The notes under the pieces were generated by a model that did no database searches, was not told the DNA's origin, and saw only the letters and a list, made by a program, of their open reading frames with translations. A DNA stretch of 64,000 nucleotides from Chiloscyllium plagiosum (taxonomy: Eukaryota): contig NC_057757.1 in the NCBI RefSeq assembly GCF_004010195.1, positions 4,203,111-4,267,110 of the forward strand, written 5' to 3'. This document shows positions 35,601-47,065 of this stretch, piece by piece. The translations under genes and the position numbers were made by a program. Numbering within the stretch: the first letter of the stretch is position 1; the number at the start of each line of letters is the position of its first letter.

Positions 35601-38600
35601 CATCTTTAATTGTCCAGAGGGGGTTGACAGTCAGGAAGCCAGAATAGCTGCTGTCCTTGCCCATCCCTGAGCACTCAGCAATGTGATGAACAGGAACAAG
35701 TTGTTAGTTGAATTCTACTATCTGCTAGTGGTGGGATGTGAACCGGCCACCACAAGTGGCCCCCTGGATTAATATCCCAGTGACAATGCCATTAGGCCAG
35801 TGCTGAACAGCTGCTGTGCTTAGGTCTTGTAATGCTTTAGGACTAATGCTCCAACACCAACCAACAGATCCTTTCGGAGGGAAGGGAACTGGCCAAGCTG
35901 TGTGGCAGGTGGGAAGATGATGGTAGCAATCTGAAACAGTATGAATACTATTCCACCAGCAACACACTGAGTGCCTTGTTCACATCCAAGAATCTTGAAT
36001 CCAAGCCGTTCACTGGATTTCTCGCCCTCTACTCCCGTGTCGGTAAGTCACCAAAATGTGCAGAGTCCAGAACCGTTTTCTCTTTGTTGGATTACTCCAT
36101 CGAGACCAGGCCATGGCAGCTCAAACCCAATGGCTCACGCAGCACAGGGTCCCAGGTTTGATTCCAGCCTTGGGCGACTGTCTGTGTGGAGCTTGCACAT
36201 CCTCCCCGTGTTTGCGTGGGTTTTCCCCGGGTACTCTGGTTTCCTCCCATGTGATATGCAGTTTAAGTGAACTGGCCATGCTAAATTTCCCAAAGTGTTA
36301 GGTGCATCATTCAGAGGGAAATGGGACTGGATGCATTACTCTTTGGAGGGTCGGTGTGGACTTGTTGGGCTGAAGGGCCTGTTTACACACTGTAGGGACT
36401 CTATCTAAATCTGCAATATTTGGCTTTTGAAAGTGCAGTTGTTGTTGTAATTCAGCGATATCCCCCTGCCCCTTAAAGACGAGATAATTCCCTTTTCCCT
36501 TTTCTCTGTCTGACTTTAATGACTGGGCCCTGTCTCCACCCAGATATCAATGAGTGTGCTGTCGATGACCATGGGTGCAGCCATTACTGCGGGAACACCA
36601 TTGGTAGCTACCACTGCTACTGCCCACGTGGTTTTGTCATTCAGAGCGATGCACGCACCTGCAAGAGTGAGTTTGCAACTGTTCAATATTTGCTTGAGAT
36701 GTCTCCACAATGGCGTCGCGTCAATGTCTGGTCTGGTTCGGTCCTTTGTATCAACAGATAGCATCCAATGTTGACAATTCCATGACATGAAGTTGGGACG
36801 GTTCGCGGTATTTGTCACATCCTCAGTTTTTCATCGGTGCTCCGACCCAATGATGACGGGGAATTGTCAGAGGAAGTGTCAAGTTCCCCTCCCAGCCTTT
36901 CCCCCGGCTTGGAAATATATCAGACATTCTTTCAGTGTTGTTGTATCAGAATCATGGAACTCCGTCTCTAAAGGCCCTGAATCTGGGTGTCCCTGCACCG
37001 CATGGGACTGCGGCGTTTCCAGAGGTCAGCTCACTCCGGCTTTCTTGAGGGGGCAGTTAGGGACGGGCGGCAAATGCTAGCCCAGTTAGTGATGCCTGGG
37101 TCTAAATAAAAGAAGTTTAAGCCAGCCCATGGGTGTGTAATTCATCGGAAGGAGGCAACACTAGCCTTGTACTTGACTACCGGTTTCTCAGCTAGAAGCT
37201 AAAACGGAGTGCAAAGCATTTCCAGGACAAAAGGAGGCCATTCAGCCCCTTCCTTACAATTCCCCCCTCCTCCATGTCTTCCTCCTTGGAATGAACCAAT
37301 GCTATTAACCCCTACGACGCCCTGTCGTGTTCTCACCTCTCACTGAGTGACAAGACTTCTGTTTGATGTTGTGCTGAGTTTGTTGTTAATGTCGCTGGAG
37401 AAACTGTGTGTAAAAAAGTGGGGGAGGGGGTGAGGTGGGCAAATTTTCTCCTTCCTGCCCCGCAGCTCAAGGCGCTGGCAGTCTCTCCTAGTCCAGCAAA
37501 TGAGCTGGATACATCCTGACGTTATGGAGCGAACTAGGGGCCAAGTTTCATTCATACCCCCAACCTCCTCCTTTCTCCTTCACTGACCTACCCCAAAACC
37601 CATCCACCCATGAGGCCAGCTCGTCCCACCTCACAAAAACCCTGCATCCAATGAGGCCATTCAACCCAGCAAATCCAACTACCCAGCAATCCAGTCAGTC
37701 CCATTTCCACCCTCCTCCTCCCTAATTCCAGGATCATACCCCTCAACTGTCCATCCAATTTCCCTTAAATTGATCCCGCCTCATGCCTCCATTTCTCCGC
37801 ATTAATGTCTTTTTACTCTTACAAAGGCTTCTAGCAATTGGATTTTCGTTTGTTGTCTTGAGTAAATGCTTCAATTATAGAGTCGAAAAGCATGGAAACA
37901 GATCCTTTGATCCAACTTGTCCATGCCAACCAGGCACCCCAACCTGACCATTTTGTCCATATCCCTCTCAACCCTTCCTATTCATATACTCATCCAGATG
38001 CCTTTTAAATGTTGTCATTGTACCAGCCTCCATCACTTCCAATGGCAGCTCGTGCCATACACGCACCACCCTCTGTGTGGAAAAAGTTGCCCCTTAAGTC
38101 ACTTTTGAATCTTACCCTCTCACCTTAAACCTATGCCCTGTAGTTTTGGATTCCCCCAACCCACCGTAAAGACTGGGGCTATTTACCCTATCCATGCCCC
38201 TCATGATTTTATAAACTTCCATAAGTTCACCCCTCAGTCTCTGATGCTCCAGGGAAAACATTCCCAGCCTTTGACCTCTCTCTCATGACCTTACAGAGGT
38301 TTATAAAATCATGAGGGGCATGGATAGGGTGAATAGCCAAAGTCTTTTCCCCAGGGTAGGGGAGTCCCAAACTAGAGGGCATAGGTTTAAGGTGAAAGTG
38401 TAAAGATTTAAAAGGGACCTGAGGGGCAGTTTTTTTCACACAGAGGGTAGTTTGCACAGAGGAAGTGGTAGATGCAGATACAGTTGCAACATTGAAAAGA
38501 CATTTGGATGGGTACATGAATAGGAAAGGTTTAGAGGGATATGGGCCAAATACAGACAAATTGGGCTAGATTCGTTTGGGAAATCTGGTTGGCATAGACG

Positions 38601-41600
38601 AGTTGGACCGAAGGGTCTGTTTTAATATTGCAGACTCAATGACTCTATTCAGCTCTCCCTGTAACTCAAGTCCTCCGGTCCTGGTAACATCCTTGTAAAT
38701 CTTTTCTGCACTTTCTCAAGTTTAACAATATCCCTTATATTGAAGGGAGAGTAGAATTGAACACAGAATTCCAAAAGTGGCCTAACCAATGTCCTGCACG
38801 GTCGCAACATGACCTCCCAACTCCTATACTCAATGCACTGACCAAAAAAGGCAAGAGTACCAAATGCCTTCTTCACTATCCTATCTACCTGTGACTCCAC
38901 CTTCTAGGATCTATGAACCTGCACCTCAAGGTCTCTTTGTTCGGCAACATGCCCCAGGACCATACCGTTAAGTGTATACGCCACTTCCTGATTGGCCTTA
39001 CCAAAATGCAACACCTCACATTTATCCATCTGCCACTCCTCGGCCCATCGGCCCATCTGATCAAGGCCCCGTTGTACTCTGAGGTAGCCTTCTTCACTAC
39101 GCCCCCAATTCTGTTTCAATATTTTCAGCTCCGTTTCTTCAGTTCCATTTCTCCAGTGACTCTGGCTCCAGCAGCGTGACTTTTTAAAACATGGACGGAC
39201 GGCCTTGTGTTTCTACCTACAACTTCTTGTCATGTTTCGTCCACAGAAGTACACGTGTTTTGCCCCAATCGGGTTCTACAGAACAGTATCCTGGACCCCT
39301 CCTGGCCAAGGTTCGATGTTCGAGACACCGTGAAGGTGACCTGTGAACCAGGATATGAAATAGTCAAGGTGAGGGTCTAATATTGCCATCTGAAATATAG
39401 AAAGCAGGTGCAGGAGTAGGCCATTCGGCCCTTCAAGCCTGTACCACTTATTCCTGGTTGACCGTGCAAACTCAGTATCCCATTCCCATTTTCCCTCCAT
39501 TACCCCTCGATCTCTCTACCTGCAAGAGTCACGTCCAGTTCCCGTTTCAATATATGGAATGAACCAGCCCCGACGGCTTTCTGCGTGAGAGAATTCCATA
39601 GGTTCCCAACTCCCCGAGTGAAGAAATTCTCCCTCATCTCAATCTGGTCATTTACTGAGGGATGCCTCCATATCCGTCCATTCACTCCTCTCCAATTATC
39701 TGCCAAAATGCCTCTTAAATGTTGCTATTGTATACCCCTCCACCATCCCTTCTAGCAGCATATTTGAGGCACTTAATTTGCCTCTCATAGGGCAGCTCAG
39801 TGATCAGCACTGCTGCCTCATGGCACCAGGGACCTGTGTTTGATGCCAGCCTCGGAGCGACTGTCTGCGTGGAGTTTGCATATTCGCCCCCTGTCTGCGT
39901 GGGGGTTTCCTCCGGGTGCTCTGGTTTCCTCCCACAGTCCAAAGATGTGCAGGTTAGGTGGACTGTCTGTGCTAAATTGCTGTAATATGGGGAATGCTGG
40001 GATAGACCAGGGAGTGGGCCTGGATGGCATGCTGTTTGAAGGTTTGATGTGGACTTGTTGGGCCGAATGGCCTGTCCCCACACAGTAACGATTCTATGAC
40101 ATAAACTTGCCCCCTCTTACCTTAAACCCATGTCCCTTAATAATTGCCATGTCTACCCCAGAAAAAAAAGACATGATTATCTAGGCCTCTTGTAATTTTG
40201 TAAACTTTTATCAGGTCACCCCTCAACCTCCAATATTCAAGCAAAAACAAACCAGTACCTCAGGGTCCCAGGTTCGATCCCAGCCTCAGGTGTGGAGTTT
40301 GCACATTCTCCCCGTGTCTGTGAGCGTTTCCTCCCACAGTTCAGAGATGTACAGGTTAGGGTCCATTGGCCACGCTAAATTGTCCCATAGTGTTCAGGGA
40401 TATGTAAGTTAGGTGCAGAGGAAATGTAGGGGAATGGGTCTGGGTAGGTTACTCTTCAGAGGGTCAGTGTGGACTTGTTGGGCCAATATGACTTATTTAT
40501 ACACTGTAGGGATTCTGTGGAACAACATAGCTAATACTCTCTCCAAAGACTCCACATCCTTCTGGTAATGTGGCAACCAGAGCTGTACACAATATTCCAA
40601 ATGTGGCCCAACTAACGTGCTTATACAGCTGCAAGGTGACTTGTCAGCTTTTGTACTCAATACCCTGATTAAGGAATGCAAGTATGGCCTCCTTGACCAC
40701 CTTATCCACTAGACATGTTCAAGGAATTGTGGATCTGTATACACGGATCACCCAGTATGTTAAATCTGAGTCTGAGATCTTAATCCTACTGTCGTGCAGA
40801 TTGATGCAATGATGATATCACGAGGATGTCTGTTAATGGTACACTGTATACAAACAGTGACAACAAAGTGGAAAGGTTCAGGGAAGGGATTCTGAAGACT
40901 AGGGCCCAAACAGCTCAAGGCTCAGGCGCCATTGGTGGAGCGATGGGAAGCGAGGACCCACAAAAGGCCAGAAGAGGAGGAGTGTGGAGATCTCGGAGGG
41001 TCGTGGGTCTTGTGCCGGAGGAAGAGGATGGGAACATGAGTTAATGTACAAACAAATGAACAAAATTAGGCCATTTGGCCCTTCAAGCCTGCAACCCCCT
41101 CTCCCGAGCCATTCCATGTGATCATGGCTTATCTGACTTTAATCTCACCTCTACGCTGTTAAATTTTCCAATGAAGTTAAGTTATACCAATTTATTCTTT
41201 CTTTTGTTGTATTTTACCTGATGTGTTTGAGTAAAGTGGGTTTTATTTCAATTCTGGTAGTTTGACCAAACAAATTGCATTCGGAACGTAACACCTTACA
41301 CTTACCTTTAAAATAAGAAAAAGTTAGGGTCCAGACTATTTTCTGAATATGTCTTGAGGAGGTTTGGACTAGTCAATAACAATTACTCGGGGGGAAATGT
41401 AGACTAATAGGGTATAGGGGAATGGGTCTGGGTGGGATACTCTTTGGAGGATCAGTGTGGACTTGTTGGGCCAAATGGCCTGTTTCAACACTGTAGGGAT
41501 TCTATGATTAATTAACATCTTTGCACAAGTATGACCAATGCCATCAAAAAAATGCAAAGATGGTTTTAGACTCAAAGCTAATGCGTTGTTATAATAATCT

Positions 41601-44600
41601 CTCTTAGGGATATCAGACAATCCCACACTTTTACGCAGAATGTCACGAAGATGGGACTTGGAAGACTCCAGATTACAGCTGCCAGCGTGAGTGGGCTTCC
41701 ACATGAGTGAGAATGTCTTCCGTTTTATGCCATACCATCCAACCTATTAGCTGGCACTGTGAGAAACGTCAAAACTGCATTCAGCTTAGTGACGATCATC
41801 AAGACACCAGCAATGGGAAGCCATCTCGTTCACTTATGTCCACCTTTGCCCTGTCCCAACCTTCCCAAATCAGTTGGTAAAGAATAAGACCAGTGCTGTG
41901 TCTTCTAGCCCCACATTGGGCGGCTGACCCATGATTGGCAAAGTAGGCATCCTCCAAGTGACTCCAGACTTACACACAACAATGTAGTTGGCTTTGGACT
42001 GCCCTAGTGAGCCACAGACTTCAACAGTCGTAAAATTCCTACGGTGTGGAAACAGGCCATTTGACCCATCCCAATCCTCCAAAGAGCATCCCACACAACT
42101 CCAACCCCCGACCTTAACCCTGTGACCCTGCATTTTCCATGGCTAACCCACACATTCCTAGACACTTTGGGACAATGTAGCACAGCCAATGCACCCTAAC
42201 CTGCACATCCCTGGGCACTATGGGACAATTTGCAATGGCCAATCCACCCTAACCTGCACATCCCTCGGCACTATGGGGCAATTTACAATGGCCAATTCAC
42301 CCGAACCTGCACATCCCTGAACACAATGGGACAATTTAGCATGGCCAATCAACCCTAAACTGCACATCCCTGGGCACTATGTGACCATTTAGCATGGCCA
42401 ATCCACCCTAACCTGCACATCCCTGGGCACTATGTGACAATTTGCAATGGCCAATCCACCGTAACCTGCACATCCCTGGACACTATGGGACAATTTAGCA
42501 TGGCCAATCAACCCTAAACTGCGTCCTTTTCCAGCAACACATTTTCAGCTCTGATCTCCAGCATCTGCAGTCCTCACATTCTCCTCGACAATTTAGCATG
42601 GCTAATCCACCTTAAACTGCACATCCCTGGACACTATGGGACAATTTAGCATGGCCAATCCACCCTAATCTACACATCTCAGGACACTTTGGGACAATTT
42701 AGCATGGCCGATCCACCCTAACATGCATGTACCTGGACACTATGGGACAACATAGCACAGCCAATCCACCCTAACCTGCACATCCCTGGACACTACGGGA
42801 CAACTTAGCATGGCCAACCCACCCTAAACTGCACATCCCTGGACACTATGGTACAATTCAGCATGGCCAATCCACCCTTCCCTTTGGAGAACTATAGATC
42901 AGCAGAAATTGCTGGAAAAGCATCAGCAGGTCTGTGGAGAGAAATCAGAGTTACCATTTCAGGTTGAGTGACCCTTCCTCAGGACCGCAGCTGTGTATGA
43001 GCCAGACGTAAATATTTTCCCGATCACACCTGCTTGGGGATATAGCACCTTTTGAGCAGGTGGGGCTTGAATGCAGGTCTTGTGTTTGAGGGGGACACTA
43101 TCACTGCACCACATGAGCAGGCAACATAAGTCAGCGGGCATTGTGAGAGATAAAAGTTGAGGTTCTGTATTGAAACACAACTAGCTAATCCAATAGCTCT
43201 GTTATATTTTCTGTTTACAGTTGTGGATTGTTCAGTTCCACCTTCAATTGAGAACGGGCAGTTTGCGTTTATTACGAAAGCCGCTGTGACCACCTACAAA
43301 GCTACAATTCGGTACCAGTGTGATGAGCCTTATTATCAGCTGCAGATAGACCATCATCGTGAGTCAAATCATTTTCAGGAGGAGTGGGTTGTTTTTATTT
43401 GAAAAGAGAGGAAATATTTTGAATGCCACTGAAATAATATTGAGTTTCATCCTAGAATAACATTTGCTATTGTTTAGTGTGAAGTTACAAGTTGTTGACA
43501 GCAGTGGCCATTCTGCCCACTGCTCCTGTGCTAGCTCTCTGTGACAGCAACTCTGCGCGTCACTCTTACCCCCTCCCCCACCTCATCCCCTGCGTCATCT
43601 TCCTCCTGATTTGATTTTATTTATTACTGTCACATGTGCCGGGTTACAGTGCAAAGTATTGTTCTGCGTGCTAAGCAGACAGATCCTACCTGATAGAGGT
43701 GCATAAGATTCTGAGGGACACGGACAGGGTGGATAAAAAGGGTCAATAACCAGGGGGCAAAATGTTAAAATGAAAGGCAGAAGGGGGTTTCAGGAAGTGG
43801 TTTCTCACCCAGAGGGTGTGCCTGTGAAAGGGTTCCATGATGCACATTGTACAAGGGGCTCAAATTAAAACCAAATCTGGCAGAATGGTGTGGGACTACA
43901 ATCCTTGACTCCGTCATTGACAAATGTGTACAATCTCTTGGCAGGAGACTTCCACTGCACAGCTGAAGCAACGTGGGAAAATAATGCGACAGGTCAAGAT
44001 CTGCCGAAATGCACCCCAGGTAACCGAGGGGAGTGAATCCGTGGAATGCTTCACCACAGAGAGCTGTCGAAGCTGGGCATTCGAGGCTGAGATAGATTTT
44101 TAATCAGGAAGGGGATCAAGGGTTACTTCTGAAGAAGGGTCACCAAACTCTGTCCGCGAGGAGTTTGCATGTTCTCCCCGTGTCTGCCTGGGCTCTGTCC
44201 GGTTTCCTCCCACAGCCCAAAGGTGTGCAGATTGGGTGGATTGGCTGTCCAGGGGTGTGCAGACTAGGTGGGTTAACCATGTTTAAAAACCCCACATTAG
44301 GTTACATGGAGGCGCTGGGTCAGTGTGGGATGCTTTTTAGTGAGTTGGTGCAGACTTAATGGGCCGAATGGTCTCTTTCTGCACCATAGGGATTCTATGA
44401 TTCCATAATTCCATGTTTCTAGGATTGCATGATTCCAAGATTCTATGATTCCATCATTCTATGATTCCATGATTCTTTCTAAGATTCTATGATTTCATTA
44501 TTCTAAGATTCCATAGTTCTCTAATTCCATCATTCTATGATTCCATAGTTCTATCATTCTATGATTCCATGATTCTGTGATTCTATTACTCTACAATTCC

Positions 44601-47065
44601 ATGATTCTATAATTCCATGCATCTATAATTGTACAGCTCCATGATTCTGTCATTCTACTATTCCATAATTCTATCATTTTGTGATTCTACGACATCATGA
44701 CTCCATGATTCTACAATTCTACAATTCCACGATTCTATCATTCGATGATTCCATAATTCTATGATTTGGTAATTCTATGACACGAAACGTTAGCGCTGCA
44801 TTCTCTCTTTCTTCACAGATGCTACCAGAGCCCGCAGAGTTTCTCTGGCAGTTTCAGTTTTCCCCTTGAGATTTCCAGTGTTGGTTTTAATCATAGGGAA
44901 GTCGAGGGTGGCGGGAGAAAGGAGGCAGGGAGGTGGAGCTGGGGATGACCAGATGAGTCACTGGCTCTGACAATGGAGCAAATAGCCTGCTCTCATTCTC
45001 ACGGCTTCCTGATGAAGAGTCTTATCTTTTCTCTCTCTCCTCCCTGTGTGTGTGTCTGTGTATCTGTGTGTGTGTGTCTGTGTATCTGTATCTGTGTGTG
45101 TCTGTGTATGTGTGTGTCACTGTATATATATGTGTGCCATTGTGTCTGTGTATCTCTGTGTGTGTATATGTGTGCCTCTGCATCTGTAAGTAGGGGGATG
45201 GTGCTGGAAAAGCACAACAGGTCAGGCAGCATCCCAGGAGCGGGNNNNNNNNNNNNNNNNNNNNNNNNNNNNNNNNNNNNNNNNNNNNNNNNNNNNNNNN
45301 NNNNNNNNNNNNNNNNNNNNNNNNNNNNNNNNNNNNNNNNNNNNNNNNNNNNNNNNNNNNNNNNNNNNNNNNNNNNNNNNNNNNNNNNNNNNNNNNNNNN
45401 NNNNNNNNNNNNNNNNNNNNNNNNNNNNNNNNNNNNNNNNNNNNNNNNNNNNNNNNNNNNNNNNNNNNNNNNNNNNNNNNNNNNNNNNNNNNNNNNNNNN
45501 NNNNNNNNNNNNNNNNNNNNNNNNNNNNNNNNNNNNNNNNNNNNNNNNNNNNNNNNNNNNNNNNNNNNNNNNNNNNNNNNNNNNNNNNNNNNNNNNNNNN
45601 NNNNNNNNNNNNNNNNNNNNNNNNNNNNNNNNNNNNNNNNNNNNNNNNNNNNNNNNNNNNNNNNNNNNNNNNNNNNNNNNNNNNNNNNNNNNNNNNNNNN
45701 NNNNNNNNNNNNNNNNNNNNNNNNNNNNNNNNNNNNNNNNNNNNNNNNNNNNNNNNNNNNNNNNNNNNNNNNNNNNNNNNNNNNNNNNNNNNNNNNNNNN
45801 NNNNNNNNNNNNNNNNNNNNNNNNNNNNNNNNNNNNNNNNNNNNNNNNNNNNNNNNNNNNNNNNNNNNNNNNNNNNNNNNNNNNNNNNNNNNNNNNNNNN
45901 NNNNNNNNNNNNNNNNNNNNNNNNNNNNNNNNNNNNNNNNNNNNNNNNNNNNNNNNNNNNNNNNNNNNNNNNNNNNNNNNNNNNNNNNNNNNNNNNNNNN
46001 NNNNNNNNNNNNNNNNNNNNNNNNNTGCCTGAGACTGTGTGTGTGAGAGAGCGTGTGTGTGAGAGTGAGTGTGTATGAGAGAAAGTGAGTGTGTGTGTGT
46101 TTGTGTGTGCATCTGTGTATCTGTGTCTGTGTACCTATGTGTGTGTGTGTATCTATGTGTGTGTGTGCATGTGCGTCTGTGTATCTGTGTGTGTGCCTGC
46201 ATGCGTGTGTCTGTGTGTGTGCGTGTGTGTATCTGTGTCTGTGTGCCTATGTGTGTGTGTGTGTGTGTGTGTTGCAGTGTGTGGGAAGCCCAGTAACCCA
46301 CTGGTCTTCGGTGAGAGGATCCTGAAGGGCTCGGTGGCGAAGAGGGGCAACTTCCCGTGGCAGGTGCTGTTCCAGAAACCCCGGGGGGCTGGGGCACTCA
46401 TCTCAGACCAGTGGGTGCTGACAGCTGCCCATGTGGTCCACAGGATGTCGGGATTGTCCATGATCGCGGGTATCACCGACACCAGGAAGGCGAGCGAGGG
46501 CACGCGGCTATTCGCCGACGGGGTCTTCGTCCACCCGGGCTACCACCCCCCGCAGGACGACGCCTACGACTACAACAACGACGTGGCCCTTGTCCGCCTG
46601 AGGTCCAAGCTCCGGCTGGGAGCCGACCTGTCGCCCATCTGTCTGCCCGGCCGCGATGCCCGCCACGCCCTGCCCACCGGCAAGGTGGGGCTGGTCTCCG
46701 GCTGGGGGGTGACCGAGAACGACACGCTGCCCGAGCAGCTCATGTACGTCCGGCTGCCGGTCAGGGAGCTGAGCGAGTGCCGCGAAAAGACGGCCGGGCT
46801 CCGCGTCACCGTCACCGACAACATGATCTGCGCCGGCGACCAGTCGGGGGCGGACAGCTGCCAGGGTGACAGCGGGGGGGCCTTTGTCTTTGCCCGCCCC
46901 AAGCCCCGACGCAACGAGTTCTTCGTGGGCGGGGTGGTCTCATGGGGGGTCAACTGCGGCACGTTTGGCTTCTACACCAAGGTGGCCAACTACCTGGACT
47001 GGATCGAGAAAACGATGAGGGAGAATGAACCTCTTCCCTCGCCTAGCGCCGGGTCACTGCCCTGA
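26689..47065 (+). CDS. C1S: Complement C1s-like serine protease (CUB-EGF-CCP-CCP-SP; no CUB2), 9 coding exons, 573 aa
   Basis: Exons 26689-26693, 31948-32164, 35868-36042, 36544-36666, 39247-39368, 41608-41686, 43221-43358, 43945-44019, 46278-47065 total 1722 nt, are all GT-AG and in phase, and contain no internal stop. The protease domain resembles C1s. Confidence 0.88.
27530..27594 (-). pseudogene. tRNA-Lys pseudogene
   Basis: Degenerate copy of 23600-23672 with the anticodon arm deleted; flanks ~27410-27900 are homologous to ~23480-23990. Confidence 0.75.
28053..28114 (+). pseudogene. tRNA-Val pseudogene
   Basis: GTTTCCGTAGTGTAGTGGT..GCTTCACATGTCAAAGGTCCCC..GGTGGGAAT; T-arm/B box deleted. 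Confidence 0.7.
28496..28960. mobile_element. Penelope-end fold-back (~183-bp inverted arms, 22-nt loop)
   Basis: 28496-28678 is the reverse complement of 28701-28883; approximate TSD TGGAAATATA / TGGAAGTATA. Confidence 0.8.
28509..28544 (-). ncRNA. Minimal hammerhead-ribozyme core (Penelope-type)
   Basis: Minus strand ATTC-CTGATGA-A-GGGC-TTAT-GCCC-GAAAC-ATC-GATT: catalytic core boxes with a perfect stem II. Confidence 0.5.
29225..30045. repeat. Minisatellite, 35-bp unit (gtgttgcactgagggtca-gtatttcactggggtta)
   Basis: More than 20 tandem copies; the unit is a dimer of related 18- and 17-bp halves. Confidence 0.92.
31225..31490. repeat. C-rich minisatellite (cagcctccagtccaggac..ccccacac)
   Basis: About 8 imperfect copies; explains the Pro-rich ORFs 31173-31524. 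Confidence 0.8.
31948..32164 (+). CDS. C1S: C1s-like exon: signal peptide + CUB1 N-half
   Basis: ccacag|G..CAG|gtacag; [52 protein letters not shown]. Confidence 0.88.
33750..35105 (+). mobile_element. CR1/HER1 LINE fragment spanning an assembly gap
   Basis: [32 protein letters not shown] before the gap; 3'UTR after the gap. Confidence 0.8.
35868..36042 (+). CDS. C1S: C1s-like exon: CUB1 C-half
   Basis: caacag|ATC..G|gtaagt; [36 protein letters not shown]. Confidence 0.85.
36544..36666 (+). CDS. C1S: C1s-like exon: Ca-binding EGF
   Basis: cccag|AT..A|gtgagt; [41 protein letters not shown]. Confidence 0.92.
39247..39368 (+). CDS. C1S: C1s-like exon: CCP1 N-half
   Basis: ccacag|AA..AAG|gtgagg; [40 protein letters not shown]. 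Confidence 0.85.
41608..41686 (+). CDS. C1S: C1s-like exon: CCP1 C-half
   Basis: ctcttag|GGA..C|gtgagt; [26 protein letters not shown]. Confidence 0.85.
42170..42880. repeat. SINE-derived tandem repeat, ~54-bp unit
   Basis: gggacaatttagcatggccaatccaccctaacctgcacatccctggacactat repeated ~12 times, interrupted by a Penelope-end piece at ~42525-42585. Confidence 0.85.
43221..43358 (+). CDS. C1S: C1s-like exon: CCP2 N-half
   Basis: tttacag|TT..C|gtgagt; [30 protein letters not shown]. Confidence 0.9.
43945..44019 (+). CDS. C1S: C1s-like exon: CCP2 C-half
   Basis: ggcag|GA..G|gtaacc; [24 protein letters not shown]. Confidence 0.85.
44390..44780. repeat. (GATTCYAT)n 8-mer expansion of a SINE tail
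   Basis: Continuous degenerate GATTCTAT/GATTCCAT array directly after the SINE 3' end. Confidence 0.85.
46035..46272. repeat. (TG)n-rich microsatellite abutting the protease-exon acceptor
   Basis: Degenerate TG repeat running directly into ttgcag|. Confidence 0.9.
46278..47065 (+). CDS. C1S: C1s-like exon: single-exon trypsin-like serine protease domain
   Basis: VCGKP..ER|ILKG activation site, [21 protein letters not shown] (Ser codon AGC), VSWG, no histidine-loop Cys; ATTAAA at 47091. Confidence 0.95.

Noticed and set aside
46085..46277. Cys/Val-rich N-terminus of the 326-aa ORF
   Set aside because: Translation of an intronic TG microsatellite; the real exon starts at 46278
46278..47065. 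Haptoglobin or MASP-1 identity for the protease
   Set aside because: The catalytic triad is intact (not haptoglobin). AGC serine, a single exon and no histidine-loop cysteines exclude MASP-1. C-terminal motifs resemble C1s.
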